Shown here piece by piece: positions 41,491-49,406 of a stretch of DNA of 64,000 bases. The stretch spans positions 96,001-160,000 of the forward strand of contig CAVQFQ010000017.1 of the NCBI GenBank assembly GCA_963711835.1, given 5' to 3'. Origin of the DNA: an uncultured delta proteobacterium. Its GTDB lineage: Bacteria; Desulfobacterota; RBG-13-43-22. The stretch's first letter is position 1; every line of letters begins with the position of its first letter. The translations under genes and the position numbers were made by a program. The notes beneath the pieces were generated by a model, which worked only from the letters and a program-made list of their open reading frames with translations, searched no databases and was not told the DNA's origin.

Positions 41491-41568
41491 ACCCTTGTTT
41501 TTGAAAACCTAAAGGAGAACTGAAATTTCTTGACCCTTGACAGGGACAGGAAAATCAGGTTAAAACCC

Positions 41569-41862
41569 AAGCAAAGATATCCGAAATTTTTTCCCAAGTC
41601 TTGAAGGAATGGTGTTGGGGGGTCCTATTTTTTAAGTTGTCCACCCCAAAGCCAGGAGCTTCTTTGCCGGGTCAAAATCGGATAGTGTTTTGGCAGCAGG
41701 CCTACACCCAAGCTGGAAATGGGCTGGGGTGTAGGCCCTGCTCTCAAATGATCTTAGCTATTCGGGCCGGATTGGGGGCTCTTAGTCACCTTTTGGACAA
41801 CTTAAAAAATAGGACCCCCCAACACCGGATATTGGAACGTTAGAGATATATTCTCAGATTAA
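41569..41862. mobile_element. Nested element copy F (shell type 3; core 41618-41819, inverted relative to E)
   Basis: Inner IR GGTGTTGGGGGGTCCTATTTTTTAAGTTGTCCA / TGGACAACTTAAAAAATAGGACCCCCCAACACC; flanks colinear with E; outer ends approximate. Confidence 0.78.
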
Positions 41863-41930
41863 AAAATGTAAAAATCTGATTGGGTTGGATTATGTCCGAT
41901 CTTAATCACGATTCTATAAGGAGGATTTTT

Positions 41931-42395
41931 ATGGAGAAAAATGTCTGTTATACCTTTGATCAGGCCTTAAAGCTGGCCATCAAACGTGAAAAGGCCTCTC
42001 TTAAACTTTATAATGACTGGTCTTCCAAGGCCAAGGACCCGGCAGCCAAAAAGTTTTTTAAGGACCTGGCCCTGGAGGAACTGGACCATGTGCACCTCCT
42101 GGAACGGGCCCTTTATGAAGGAAAGGCCGAGGGCTTGGGAGACAAAGAGGTCCAGACCATGAAGTTGAGCGACTATTTTATCGATATCGAACTGGCCGGC
42201 GATCTCTCCCTCCAGGATGCCATGATTTTTGCCTTAAAGGATGAAAAACAGTCCGCCGAATTTTACAAAAACATGGCCGGCATGTGCGGCGGCAGCCCCA
42301 TGCAGAGTCTTTTTAACCGCCTGGAGAAAGAGGAACTGAGGCATATTCAAACATTGGAAGGCGATTACGAAAAGGCCTTCATGCAGTGGATGTAA
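41931..42395 (+). CDS. Rubrerythrin/ferritin-like di-iron protein
   Basis: Two E...EExH motifs (AIKRE..EELDH; ALKDE..EELRH); AGGAGG RBS. Confidence 0.88.
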   Translation: MEKNVCYTFDQALKLAIKREKASLKLYNDWSSKAKDPAAKKFFKDLALEELDHVHLLERALYEGKAEGLGDKEVQTMKLSDYFIDIELAGDLSLQDAMIFALKDEKQSAEFYKNMAGMCGGSPMQSLFNRLEKEELRHIQTLEGDYEKAFMQWM

Positions 42396-42648
42396 TCCGG
42401 TCAAGCGAAAGCCAACCGAAAAGAGAATCCGCCTTATGGGATTCTCCTTAAGACCTCCTGCTAACGCTTGTGGCCTGAATGCGCTTTTAGCACAGTAAAG
42501 GTTTTATTCGGCGGCTCCTCACCGACCCATAAAAAATCCCCTTCGTGGTCTTTCCGTCTCCTCCCTGACTACAAACTATTTTATGCTCCCCTGAATAACC
42601 ATCCGTTAATCCAAAAAACGCATCCCAGATTCTGCCCCCAATTTTTTC

Positions 42649-42695
42649 TTGACAAGTTTTACTGACCTTCTTAAAATGTGAATATTCATTCACAT
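42649..42695 (+). promoter_or_regulatory. sigma70 promoter and probable TetR operator
   Basis: TTGACA-17 bp-TAAAAT; inverted repeat ATGTGAAT-ATTC-ATTCACAT at 42676-42695 just before tetR. Confidence 0.75.
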
Positions 42696-42700
42696 AATAG

Positions 42701-43381
42701 ATGAAAATTAAAAAGATAAAAACCGAAATACGAAAAAGTCAGATTGCCGCCGCAGCGCTCAAACTGATATCCGATCAGGGTTTAACCGGCCTGAAGATGA
42801 CAGCCGTTGCCCAAAAGGTTGGACTGGTCCCTTCGGCCCTCTACCGCCATTTTAAAAGCAAAGCCCAAATTCTGGACACCATTTTTGACTTTATCGAGCA
42901 AACACTGATCGGAAACGTTGACCGGGTACGCCGGGGAAGCTTAAACCCCGTTGAACAGCTTTCAAACTTACTGAAACGCCATATTCAATTTATCAGAAAA
43001 AATCGATCCTTGCCCCGCCTGGTCTTTTCAGATGATGTCTATCAAAACCATCCTGAAAGGAGAATGCGGGTCAATCAGATTATCACCGGCTACCTCAAAA
43101 AAGTGGCCGAGATAATAAGCCAAGGTCAAAAAGATGGAAAAATTAGACCGGAATTGGACCCGGATACGCTTTCAATCATGTTCCTGGGACTGATTCAGCC
43201 GGCGGTCATCCTTTGGGATTTAAGCCAGGGGAGGTTTGATCTGAAGAACCAGGCTGAAGAGGCCTGGCAGGTATTCCTTTCCGCCATTTTAGTGCGGGAT
43301 CCAAACCAGGCGACAATGAACAAACCCTTCCCTAAAAGAGAAGACAAGAAAGGAGAAAATAGCCATGAAGAAAAAAGTTAA
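42701..43381 (+). CDS. TetR-family regulator
   Basis: VAQKVGLVPSALYRHFKSK helix-turn-helix. Confidence 0.92.
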   Translation: MKIKKIKTEIRKSQIAAAALKLISDQGLTGLKMTAVAQKVGLVPSALYRHFKSKAQILDTIFDFIEQTLIGNVDRVRRGSLNPVEQLSNLLKRHIQFIRKNRSLPRLVFSDDVYQNHPERRMRVNQIITGYLKKVAEIISQGQKDGKIRPELDPDTLSIMFLGLIQPAVILWDLSQGRFDLKNQAEEAWQVFLSAILVRDPNQATMNKPFPKREDKKGENSHEEKS

Positions 43382-44027
43382 GTTTTCAAATCTGATTTTA
43401 GGGGCGATGGTAAGTTTAAGTCTGTTCCTGTACTTGCCGGGAATGGCTTCGGCCCATTGTGACACGATGGCCGGGCCGGTTATTCAGGATGCCAAAATGG
43501 CCCTGGAAAAAGGCGACATCACACCGGTGCTTAAATGGGTCAAGAAGGACCAGGAGAAAGGAGTTCGAGAGGCCTTCAAAAGGGCCCTGGCGGCCAAAAC
43601 CAAAGCGCCGGCGGTAAAAGAAAAAACCGAAAGGCATTTTTTTGAAACCCTGGTCAGGATTCACCGGGCTGGAGAGGGCGCGCCCTTTACCGGACTCAAA
43701 CCCGGAGAAGCCATTGAACCGATTGTTGCCGCTGCGGACAAATCCCTGGAAACAGGAACCGTCGACGAATTAGTCAAGCAGGTCAATGACGAAGTGGCGG
43801 CCGGAATTCGTAAACGTTTTGAAGAGGTGATCGACAAGAAAAAACATGTTGATGAGGGTGTTGATGCCGGCCGGGAATATGTGGCGGCTTATGTTGAGTT
43901 TACTCACTATGTGGAAGGGCTTTATCAGAAGGCCGTGGGAGAGGCAGGCCCATCATCACGGAGAGATGAAAGGGCATAACCACGGAGGAACCAGAAGGAA
44001 AGCCCTGCTCCTCTTCATAAGCACTAA
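43365..44027 (+). CDS. Exported DUF6448-like protein; His-rich C-terminus disrupted by apparent frameshifts
   Basis: Signal peptide then AHCDTMAGPV, FFETLVRIHRAGEGAPFTGLKP and AGREYV; HHHGEMKGHNH in an alternate frame; true stop uncertain (track stop 43979). Confidence 0.7.
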
Positions 44028-44070
44028 AAGGGTTTATGATCAGGAAAGATGATTAGTTCGTAAACTGGAG

Positions 44071-44119
44071 GCCTGGGATCTTTTTTAAAGGATGTCCACC
44101 AATGAAAAAGATCCCAGGC
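44071..44119. terminator. Hairpin with 15-bp perfect stem, possible terminator
   Basis: GCCTGGGATCTTTTT / AAAAAGATCCCAGGC. Confidence 0.5.
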
Positions 44120-44263
44120 ACTTCTTGACCCGGATTTTACCTCTTTACCTGTCCCTCAAAGTGATGGAGCGGTGGTTGGAAAAGGCCCCCAATGCAAAAT
44201 TATCGGATTCTCTGATAGCAAATCCATCAAACAAAGGTTTCACAGAATTAAGGAGGTCTATCC

Positions 44264-45385
44264 ATGAACCGGACTCTATAAACATCGTCTTCAAAAGTGC
44301 AGCCAGTTAATGAAGGCCGTCAACCTGGATGTCCTGCTGCTGACCAAGCCCTCAAATATGTTCTATCTTACCGGCGACGGGCGCCTCTGCGCTTACGCCA
44401 TGGTCACCCAGGAAGGGAAGGTGGCCCTGGGCGTACCCCAAACCGACCTTGAAGACGTTAAGCAGTTGGCCCACTTTCGACCATCTCAACGGCTTTGAAA
44501 ACGAGGTGGGGATGATCCATTCCATTGCCCATTACTTTGAGCGATTCCAGATACAGAAAGGGTCAGGTGGGGATGGAATTTACTTTCCTGACTCAGTCCA
44601 TGATGGGCATGCTGACCCATCCCCATGCCAAACCCAAGGATATTCTGGTCAAGGATGCCACGGCGATTCTCTCCGAACTGCGCCTGGTCAAGGAAGCGGA
44701 AGAGATTGAACGGATTCGTGAGGCATCACGGGTAGCTTCTGTCGGGATGAAAGCCGCTGTGGAGGCTGTTAAACCGGGACTCACGGAAAGCCAGATAGCC
44801 GCCGAGGCCGAATATGCCCTGCGCCAGGCCGGTGCCGAAGATTTTTGGAAGACCTATGTTTCTTCCGGTCCCCGGACCAGTGTCGCCCACGGGGTGCCCA
44901 CCTCGCGAAAATTGGAAACCGGGGATCTGGTCATGATTGATATTCATCCTTTGGTCAACGGCTATAGCTCCGACATCTGCCGGACCGTTTCGGTGGGAAA
45001 ACCGACTGCCGAACAACAAACCGCCTATGACCTGTATATCAAGGCCCTGCTGGCCACCATTGCTAAGGTCAAGGCCGGGGCAGACATGGTCGATCTGGAA
45101 GAGACCATGCATGGGATCCTCAAGGAAGCCGGCCACGGCCCGCATATCTTCGGACCACTCATCCATGGGATAGGCATCAATTTTGAAGAATCGCCTTTGC
45201 CGCCCAGCCATGCCTTCTTCCACGGCGAGAAGGCGCCCCCGCCCCTTCCTTCCGGGGTGGTCATAGCCGTTGGAAACTGTGGATTGTATACCGGTCCTTG
45301 GGGGGTTCGGGTGGAAGATACGATAGCGGTTGGAGCTGAGGGCCCATTGCGGTTGACCGATTTCCCTTACTCCCTGACGATATAG
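44264..45385 (+). CDS. M24 Xaa-Pro peptidase family protein; frameshifts in the 5' part
   Basis: AAGGAGG then ATG 44264; fragments NMFYLTG, LRLVKEAEEI, GYSSDICRT, HGIG and GVRVED. Confidence 0.82.
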
Positions 45386-45402
45386 AAAAGAAAGGAATTG
45401 CT

Positions 45403-45597
45403 ATGAGCCGTAGGGTGACCATCAACGAGGAAGAGTGTATCGGCTGTGGAACTTGTTCGGAGCTTTGTCCGGAAGTCTTTCAGATGAACGAAGAAAAAGA
45501 AAAGGCCGAGGTGATCAAACCGGAAGGCGGGGCGTTCGATTGCATTACCGAAGCTATGGAGGGTTGTCCGGTTTCTTGTATTCACTGGGAGGAATAA
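45403..45597 (+). CDS. Single-cluster ferredoxin (copy 1)
   Basis: CIGCGTC...CP...CPVSCI. Confidence 0.92.
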   Translation: MSRRVTINEEECIGCGTCSELCPEVFQMNEEKEKAEVIKPEGGAFDCITEAMEGCPVSCIHWEE

Positions 45598-45613
45598 AAA
45601 GGAGGTATAGGTC

Positions 45614-45910
45614 ATGTTTACAGTTATTATTAATTTTCCGGCTATTAAAGAAGGTAAGGATACAGAGTTTCGGGAGTGGTTTGAGTGGTCAAATACAGAG
45701 TTTGTAAATCATAAAGGCTTTATCCAACGGTTGCTTCTAAAGCCTGTGCAGGGTGTAGGGAACTATGTTGCCATAGTAGAGCACGAGAGCCGTGAAACTT
45801 TCATGGCCATGCATAATAGCCCTGCTCATGAAGAAGCCGGCAGGCGTGTCGCATTGCTACTTGACGGCCATCCGACCCCTCTGTTTTATGAGGTTGTTAC
45901 CGGGAGATAA
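45614..45910 (+). CDS. Antibiotic biosynthesis monooxygenase (ABM)-like protein
   Basis: 98 aa with KGF..RLL, ESRETF.AMH.SPAH and FYEV; AGGAGG RBS. Confidence 0.75.
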   Translation: MFTVIINFPAIKEGKDTEFREWFEWSNTEFVNHKGFIQRLLLKPVQGVGNYVAIVEHESRETFMAMHNSPAHEEAGRRVALLLDGHPTPLFYEVVTGR

Positions 45911-45961
45911 GCTTATAATTATAACTGTTTGTGAACTTTTGCTTTTTGAAAGGAGTATTTC

Positions 45962-46399
45962 GTGTCGGCGAAGCAAAACAAAGCCCTTGTTAGTCAATTC
46001 TTGAAAGGATTGGATGAGAGCTTGAGTAGTATGGATGAAGTCTGCGCCTCCCAGTTTGTAGCCCATATTCCAGGGGGCAGCCAACCAATAGACCGGGAGG
46101 GTTTTAGGCAATTTGTCTCCTTATTTTATCTCGCCTTTCCTGACCTGTGTCATACGGTAGAGGATCAACTTGCCGAAGGAGACAAGGTAGTGAGCCGCCT
46201 GACCGTGCAAGGCACCCATCAAGGACTTTTTCAGGGTATGGCCCCCACCGGAAAGCGAGTGAAGTTTACCGATATCATGATAAGCCGCATTGAGGACGGA
46301 AAAATAATGGAATTATGGGCTCAATTTGATGCGTTGGGATTATTGCAACAGATCGGTCTTTTATCCACAATGGAGTCAGGGGTTACCTCAACCCTATAA
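45962..46399 (+). CDS. SnoaL-like ester cyclase
   Basis: AFPDL, AEGDKV, GTHQG.FQGMAPTGKRV and DGKI.ELW. Confidence 0.9.
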   Translation: MSAKQNKALVSQFLKGLDESLSSMDEVCASQFVAHIPGGSQPIDREGFRQFVSLFYLAFPDLCHTVEDQLAEGDKVVSRLTVQGTHQGLFQGMAPTGKRVKFTDIMISRIEDGKIMELWAQFDALGLLQQIGLLSTMESGVTSTL

Positions 46400-46423
46400 C
46401 ATTTCAAAAAGGAGGGCAGGCTA

Positions 46424-46672
46424 ATGCACGACAGAAAAGAATTATGTGATACCATTAGGTCCCTGTATCCTGAAATAGGTGAATGCGGTCTTGAAGTCAA
46501 GGCGAACTTTGACGAGACCAAGAAAGTCTGAGTGGTGGACTTAAAAAAGGAGGGTCACCAGCTTAAGACCTTTCTTGAACCGTTGGATGCCGATGCCTGC
46601 ATGGAAGGCAAATAGTGTGTGAGTCTGGGCCTTCAAATTGCCCAGTTAGCGGCCAATATTAAATCAGTCTGA
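46424..46672 (+). pseudogene. 82-codon Cys-containing ORF with in-frame TGA and TAG
   Basis: AAGGAGG RBS; MHDRKELCDTIRSLYPEIGECG...KKV*VVDLKK...DACMEGK*CVSLGLQIAQLAANIKSV*. Confidence 0.7.
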
Positions 46673-46708
46673 CAATTGATCTCGTCATCCATTAGAGAAG
46701 AGAGCCGC

Positions 46709-46897
46709 ATGAAAGTTTATCTTGTGGAAGAGGAATGTATCGGCTGTGAAAGCTGTTCGGAGCTCTGCCCGGAGGTTTTTCAGATGAACGAGGAAAAAGA
46801 AAAGGCTGAGGTGATCATGCCCGAAGGGGGACCGACGGAATGCATTAACGAGGCCATTGAAACCTGTCCAGTCTCCTGCATCCATTGGGAGGAATAA
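46709..46897 (+). CDS. Single-cluster ferredoxin (copy 2)
   Basis: CIGCESC...CP...CPVSCI; SELCPEVFQMNEEKEKAEVI is identical to copy 1. Confidence 0.9.
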   Translation: MKVYLVEEECIGCESCSELCPEVFQMNEEKEKAEVIMPEGGPTECINEAIETCPVSCIHWEE

Positions 46898-46962
46898 CTT
46901 TAAGGGAGGAGGATTAGATCCTGATAGTAAATGCCAATATCTGGTAAGGAGGTAAAACCATC

Positions 46963-48165
46963 TTGGAAACGACAACAAATCGAAAAGTCTATCTCGATTA
47001 TATAGCTGGGGCGCCGGTACTGCCCGAAGTGGTAGAGGCCATGCTTCCCTATTTTAAGGATATCTACGGCAATCCGCAATCCATTCATGTCTGGGGTGAT
47101 CGGAGTCGCGAGGCCATGGATATTGCCCGCGATCAGGTGGCCGGGCTTATCAATGGACACCCCGATGAAATTATCTTTACCGGCAGTGGTACTGAATCCA
47201 ATAATCTGGCCATAAAAGGATTAGCTCAAGGGCAGACCGCTAAAGGGAAACACATTGTGGTTTCGGCTATTGAGCATTTTTCAGTACTTAATACCCTCCA
47301 CAGGATGGAAAAAGACGGATATGAATTTAGCTTAGTGCCGGTTGATCAATATGGTTTAATTAATCCCGATGACGTGCTTAATAATATCAGGAAAGATACC
47401 ATCCTGGTATCGATCATGCACTCCAATGGAGAGGTCGGCACTATTCAACCGATTAAGGAGATCGCTAAAAAAGTGAAAGAGGCCGGAGTTGTTTTCCATA
47501 CCGATGCCGTTGCCAGCACCGGAAATATACCGGTCGATGTCCAAGAACTCAAAGTCGATGCCCTGAGCCTGGCCGGAAATCAGTTTTATGGCCCCAAGGG
47601 TTCAGGCGCCTTATGGCTGCGTAAAGGGGTCCGCTTGATTCCCCTGATGGACGGGGGTATACAGGAAAACGGTCGCAGACCGGGGACGGAGGATGTGCCT
47701 GCCTTCGTCGGTTTGGGCATGGCTGCCGAGATCGCTAAAAGGGATATGACTTCACGCGCGGCCCGGTTTTCCAAACTTCGTGACCGCTTGATTAAAGGAA
47801 TGATGGAGAAAATCGACCACGTGATCCTTACCGGTCATCCCAGCCGGCGCCTTCCTCATCATGCCAGTTTCTGCGTTGAATTCATTGAAGGCGAAGCCAT
47901 GCTGTTGTTCATGAACCTGGATGGCATTGCCGTCTCCAGCGGCTCAGCCTGTACATCCAAGGCCCTTAAGGCTTCCCACGTCCTCATTGCCATGGGATTG
48001 CCCCCTGAAATCGCCCAGGGGTCCCTGTTGCTGACCCTCGGTTTGGAAACCCAAGAAGAAGATATCGATTATGTGCTGGAAAAATTTTCGCCCATAGTGG
48101 CCCGGCTGCGACAGATGTCCCCGTTATATGCCAAATTCTTAAAAGAGCAGAGGAGGGGGAAATGA
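46963..48165 (+). CDS. iscS: Cysteine desulfurase, IscS/NifS group I
   Basis: YGNP.S.H, FTGSGTESNN, HTDAV, YGPKG and SSGSACTS. Confidence 0.9.
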   Translation: METTTNRKVYLDYIAGAPVLPEVVEAMLPYFKDIYGNPQSIHVWGDRSREAMDIARDQVAGLINGHPDEIIFTGSGTESNNLAIKGLAQGQTAKGKHIVVSAIEHFSVLNTLHRMEKDGYEFSLVPVDQYGLINPDDVLNNIRKDTILVSIMHSNGEVGTIQPIKEIAKKVKEAGVVFHTDAVASTGNIPVDVQELKVDALSLAGNQFYGPKGSGALWLRKGVRLIPLMDGGIQENGRRPGTEDVPAFVGLGMAAEIAKRDMTSRAARFSKLRDRLIKGMMEKIDHVILTGHPSRRLPHHASFCVEFIEGEAMLLFMNLDGIAVSSGSACTSKALKASHVLIAMGLPPEIAQGSLLLTLGLETQEEDIDYVLEKFSPIVARLRQMSPLYAKFLKEQRRGK

Positions 48166-48644
48166 CAGAAAAGGAGCAAATGACCATTATCGTTTTCAGT
48201 GATGAGATGGACAAAGCCTTGGCCGCTTTCAACCTGGCTATCGGCGGGGCAACCTCCGGCATGGAAGTAACCCTGTTCTTTACTTTCTGGGGACTTAATC
48301 TGATCAAAAAGAACGAAGGCCGCATTAAAAGCAAAGGGATCATGAGGAAAATGCTCAATTCCATGAACCGTGGAGGTGCCAAGAGGTTGCCGTTATCCAA
48401 ATTCCACATGCTGGGCCTGGGAAAATGGATGATGCAGAAACTGATGAAGGATATCAAGTTCCCCCAGGTGGAAGAGCAGATTAAGATAGCCAAAGAGTTC
48501 GGTGTAAAGTTTATTGCCTGCACCACCTCCATGGGGATGATGGGTATCGGCCATGACGCCTTTATCCCGGAGGTCGATAATTTTGCCGGCGTAGCCACCT
48601 ATTTGGCTGTTGCCAGGGCCAGCAAGGTCAATCTATTTATATAG
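48162..48644 (+). CDS. DsrE2-like sulfur-transfer protein
   Basis: LFFTFWGL, ACTTSM, AGVATYL and NLFI. Confidence 0.88.
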   Translation: MTEKEQMTIIVFSDEMDKALAAFNLAIGGATSGMEVTLFFTFWGLNLIKKNEGRIKSKGIMRKMLNSMNRGGAKRLPLSKFHMLGLGKWMMQKLMKDIKFPQVEEQIKIAKEFGVKFIACTTSMGMMGIGHDAFIPEVDNFAGVATYLAVARASKVNLFI

Positions 48645-48654
48645 GGGAGAAATA

Positions 48655-48885
48655 ATGAAAGCCGATGAAACACTGGATTGTGTGGGGCTTTACTGCCCCA
48701 TGCCCATAGTGGAGACAGCCCGGAAAATTAAAAAGTTAAAAACGGGACAAGTTCTGGAAATTCTGGCCGACGATGAAGGTATCAAGCAGGATATGCCGAA
48801 CTGGTGCAAGCAAACAGGCCATGAGTTTCTTGGCCTAGAAGAGGAAAAAGGTCAGTACCGTGCCTTTGTAAAGAAGACCGGGTAA
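48655..48885 (+). CDS. tusA: TusA-family sulfur carrier
   Basis: LDCVGLYCPMP, LEILADD and WCKQTGHEF. Confidence 0.9.
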   Translation: MKADETLDCVGLYCPMPIVETARKIKKLKTGQVLEILADDEGIKQDMPNWCKQTGHEFLGLEEEKGQYRAFVKKTG

Positions 48886-48927
48886 ATAAGGTTTCAAATT
48901 CCTGGTTTTTTGTCTGGATCTGGACTC

Positions 48928-49131
48928 TCATCTGGTCGCATTGCGGGAGAGCTTCCACAACCAAAGACTCAGGCCGCCGGCAATGACTATGGCAAGCGCG
49001 CTCGGCCAAAGTGGCATCTGGTGTCCCGCGATAAGCACCTCGGCTCGTGTCAACAAGCGCAACAACTGCGCTAAGCACATCAGTCCGAAAATGGTGCCTG
49101 CGACTCGCAATCCCAGGATTTGTGATTTCAT
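48928..49131 (-). CDS. Small two-TM membrane protein
   Basis: AAAGGA RBS; two hydrophobic stretches in 67 aa. Confidence 0.65.
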   Translation of the reverse strand: MKSQILGLRVAGTIFGLMCLAQLLRLLTRAEVLIAGHQMPLWPSALAIVIAGGLSLWLWKLSRNATR

Positions 49132-49290
49132 GTTCGTGTCCTTTCGGTTGCTTCAATTGAATGTTATACAACCAGAAAGATATTAACATATGATCATAAA
49201 GGGTTCACTCATTAAAAGGCACTTGTTAAGAGAAAAAGGATTTCTGGTTTTTTGTATTGACAGCGAGAAGAACCTTAGTGATTTTTACTT

Positions 49291-49364
49291 AAGGGGAACC
49301 GACGGAATGCATTAACGAGGCCATTGAAACCTGTCCAGTGTCCTGCATCCATTGGGGAGAATAA
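49291..49364 (+). repeat. Orphan 3' fragment of ferredoxin (direct repeat of 46824-46897)
   Basis: 70 of 74 bases identical by manual alignment, including the stop codon. Confidence 0.9.
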
Positions 49365-49406
49365 TCCGAAAAGAGAAGAGGATAATAACGTAAAAGGACC
49401 TCAGCC

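Noticed and set aside
762-41862. Repeats as a CRISPR array or integron attC sites
   Set aside because: They are dispersed and about 300 bp long, with no repeat-spacer periodicity, no cas or intI gene, and no consistent RYYYAAC/GTTRRRY ends.
44092-44310. 72-aa ORF upstream of the peptidase
   Set aside because: It overlaps a hairpin and the peptidase RBS/start, and has no RBS or motif of its own.
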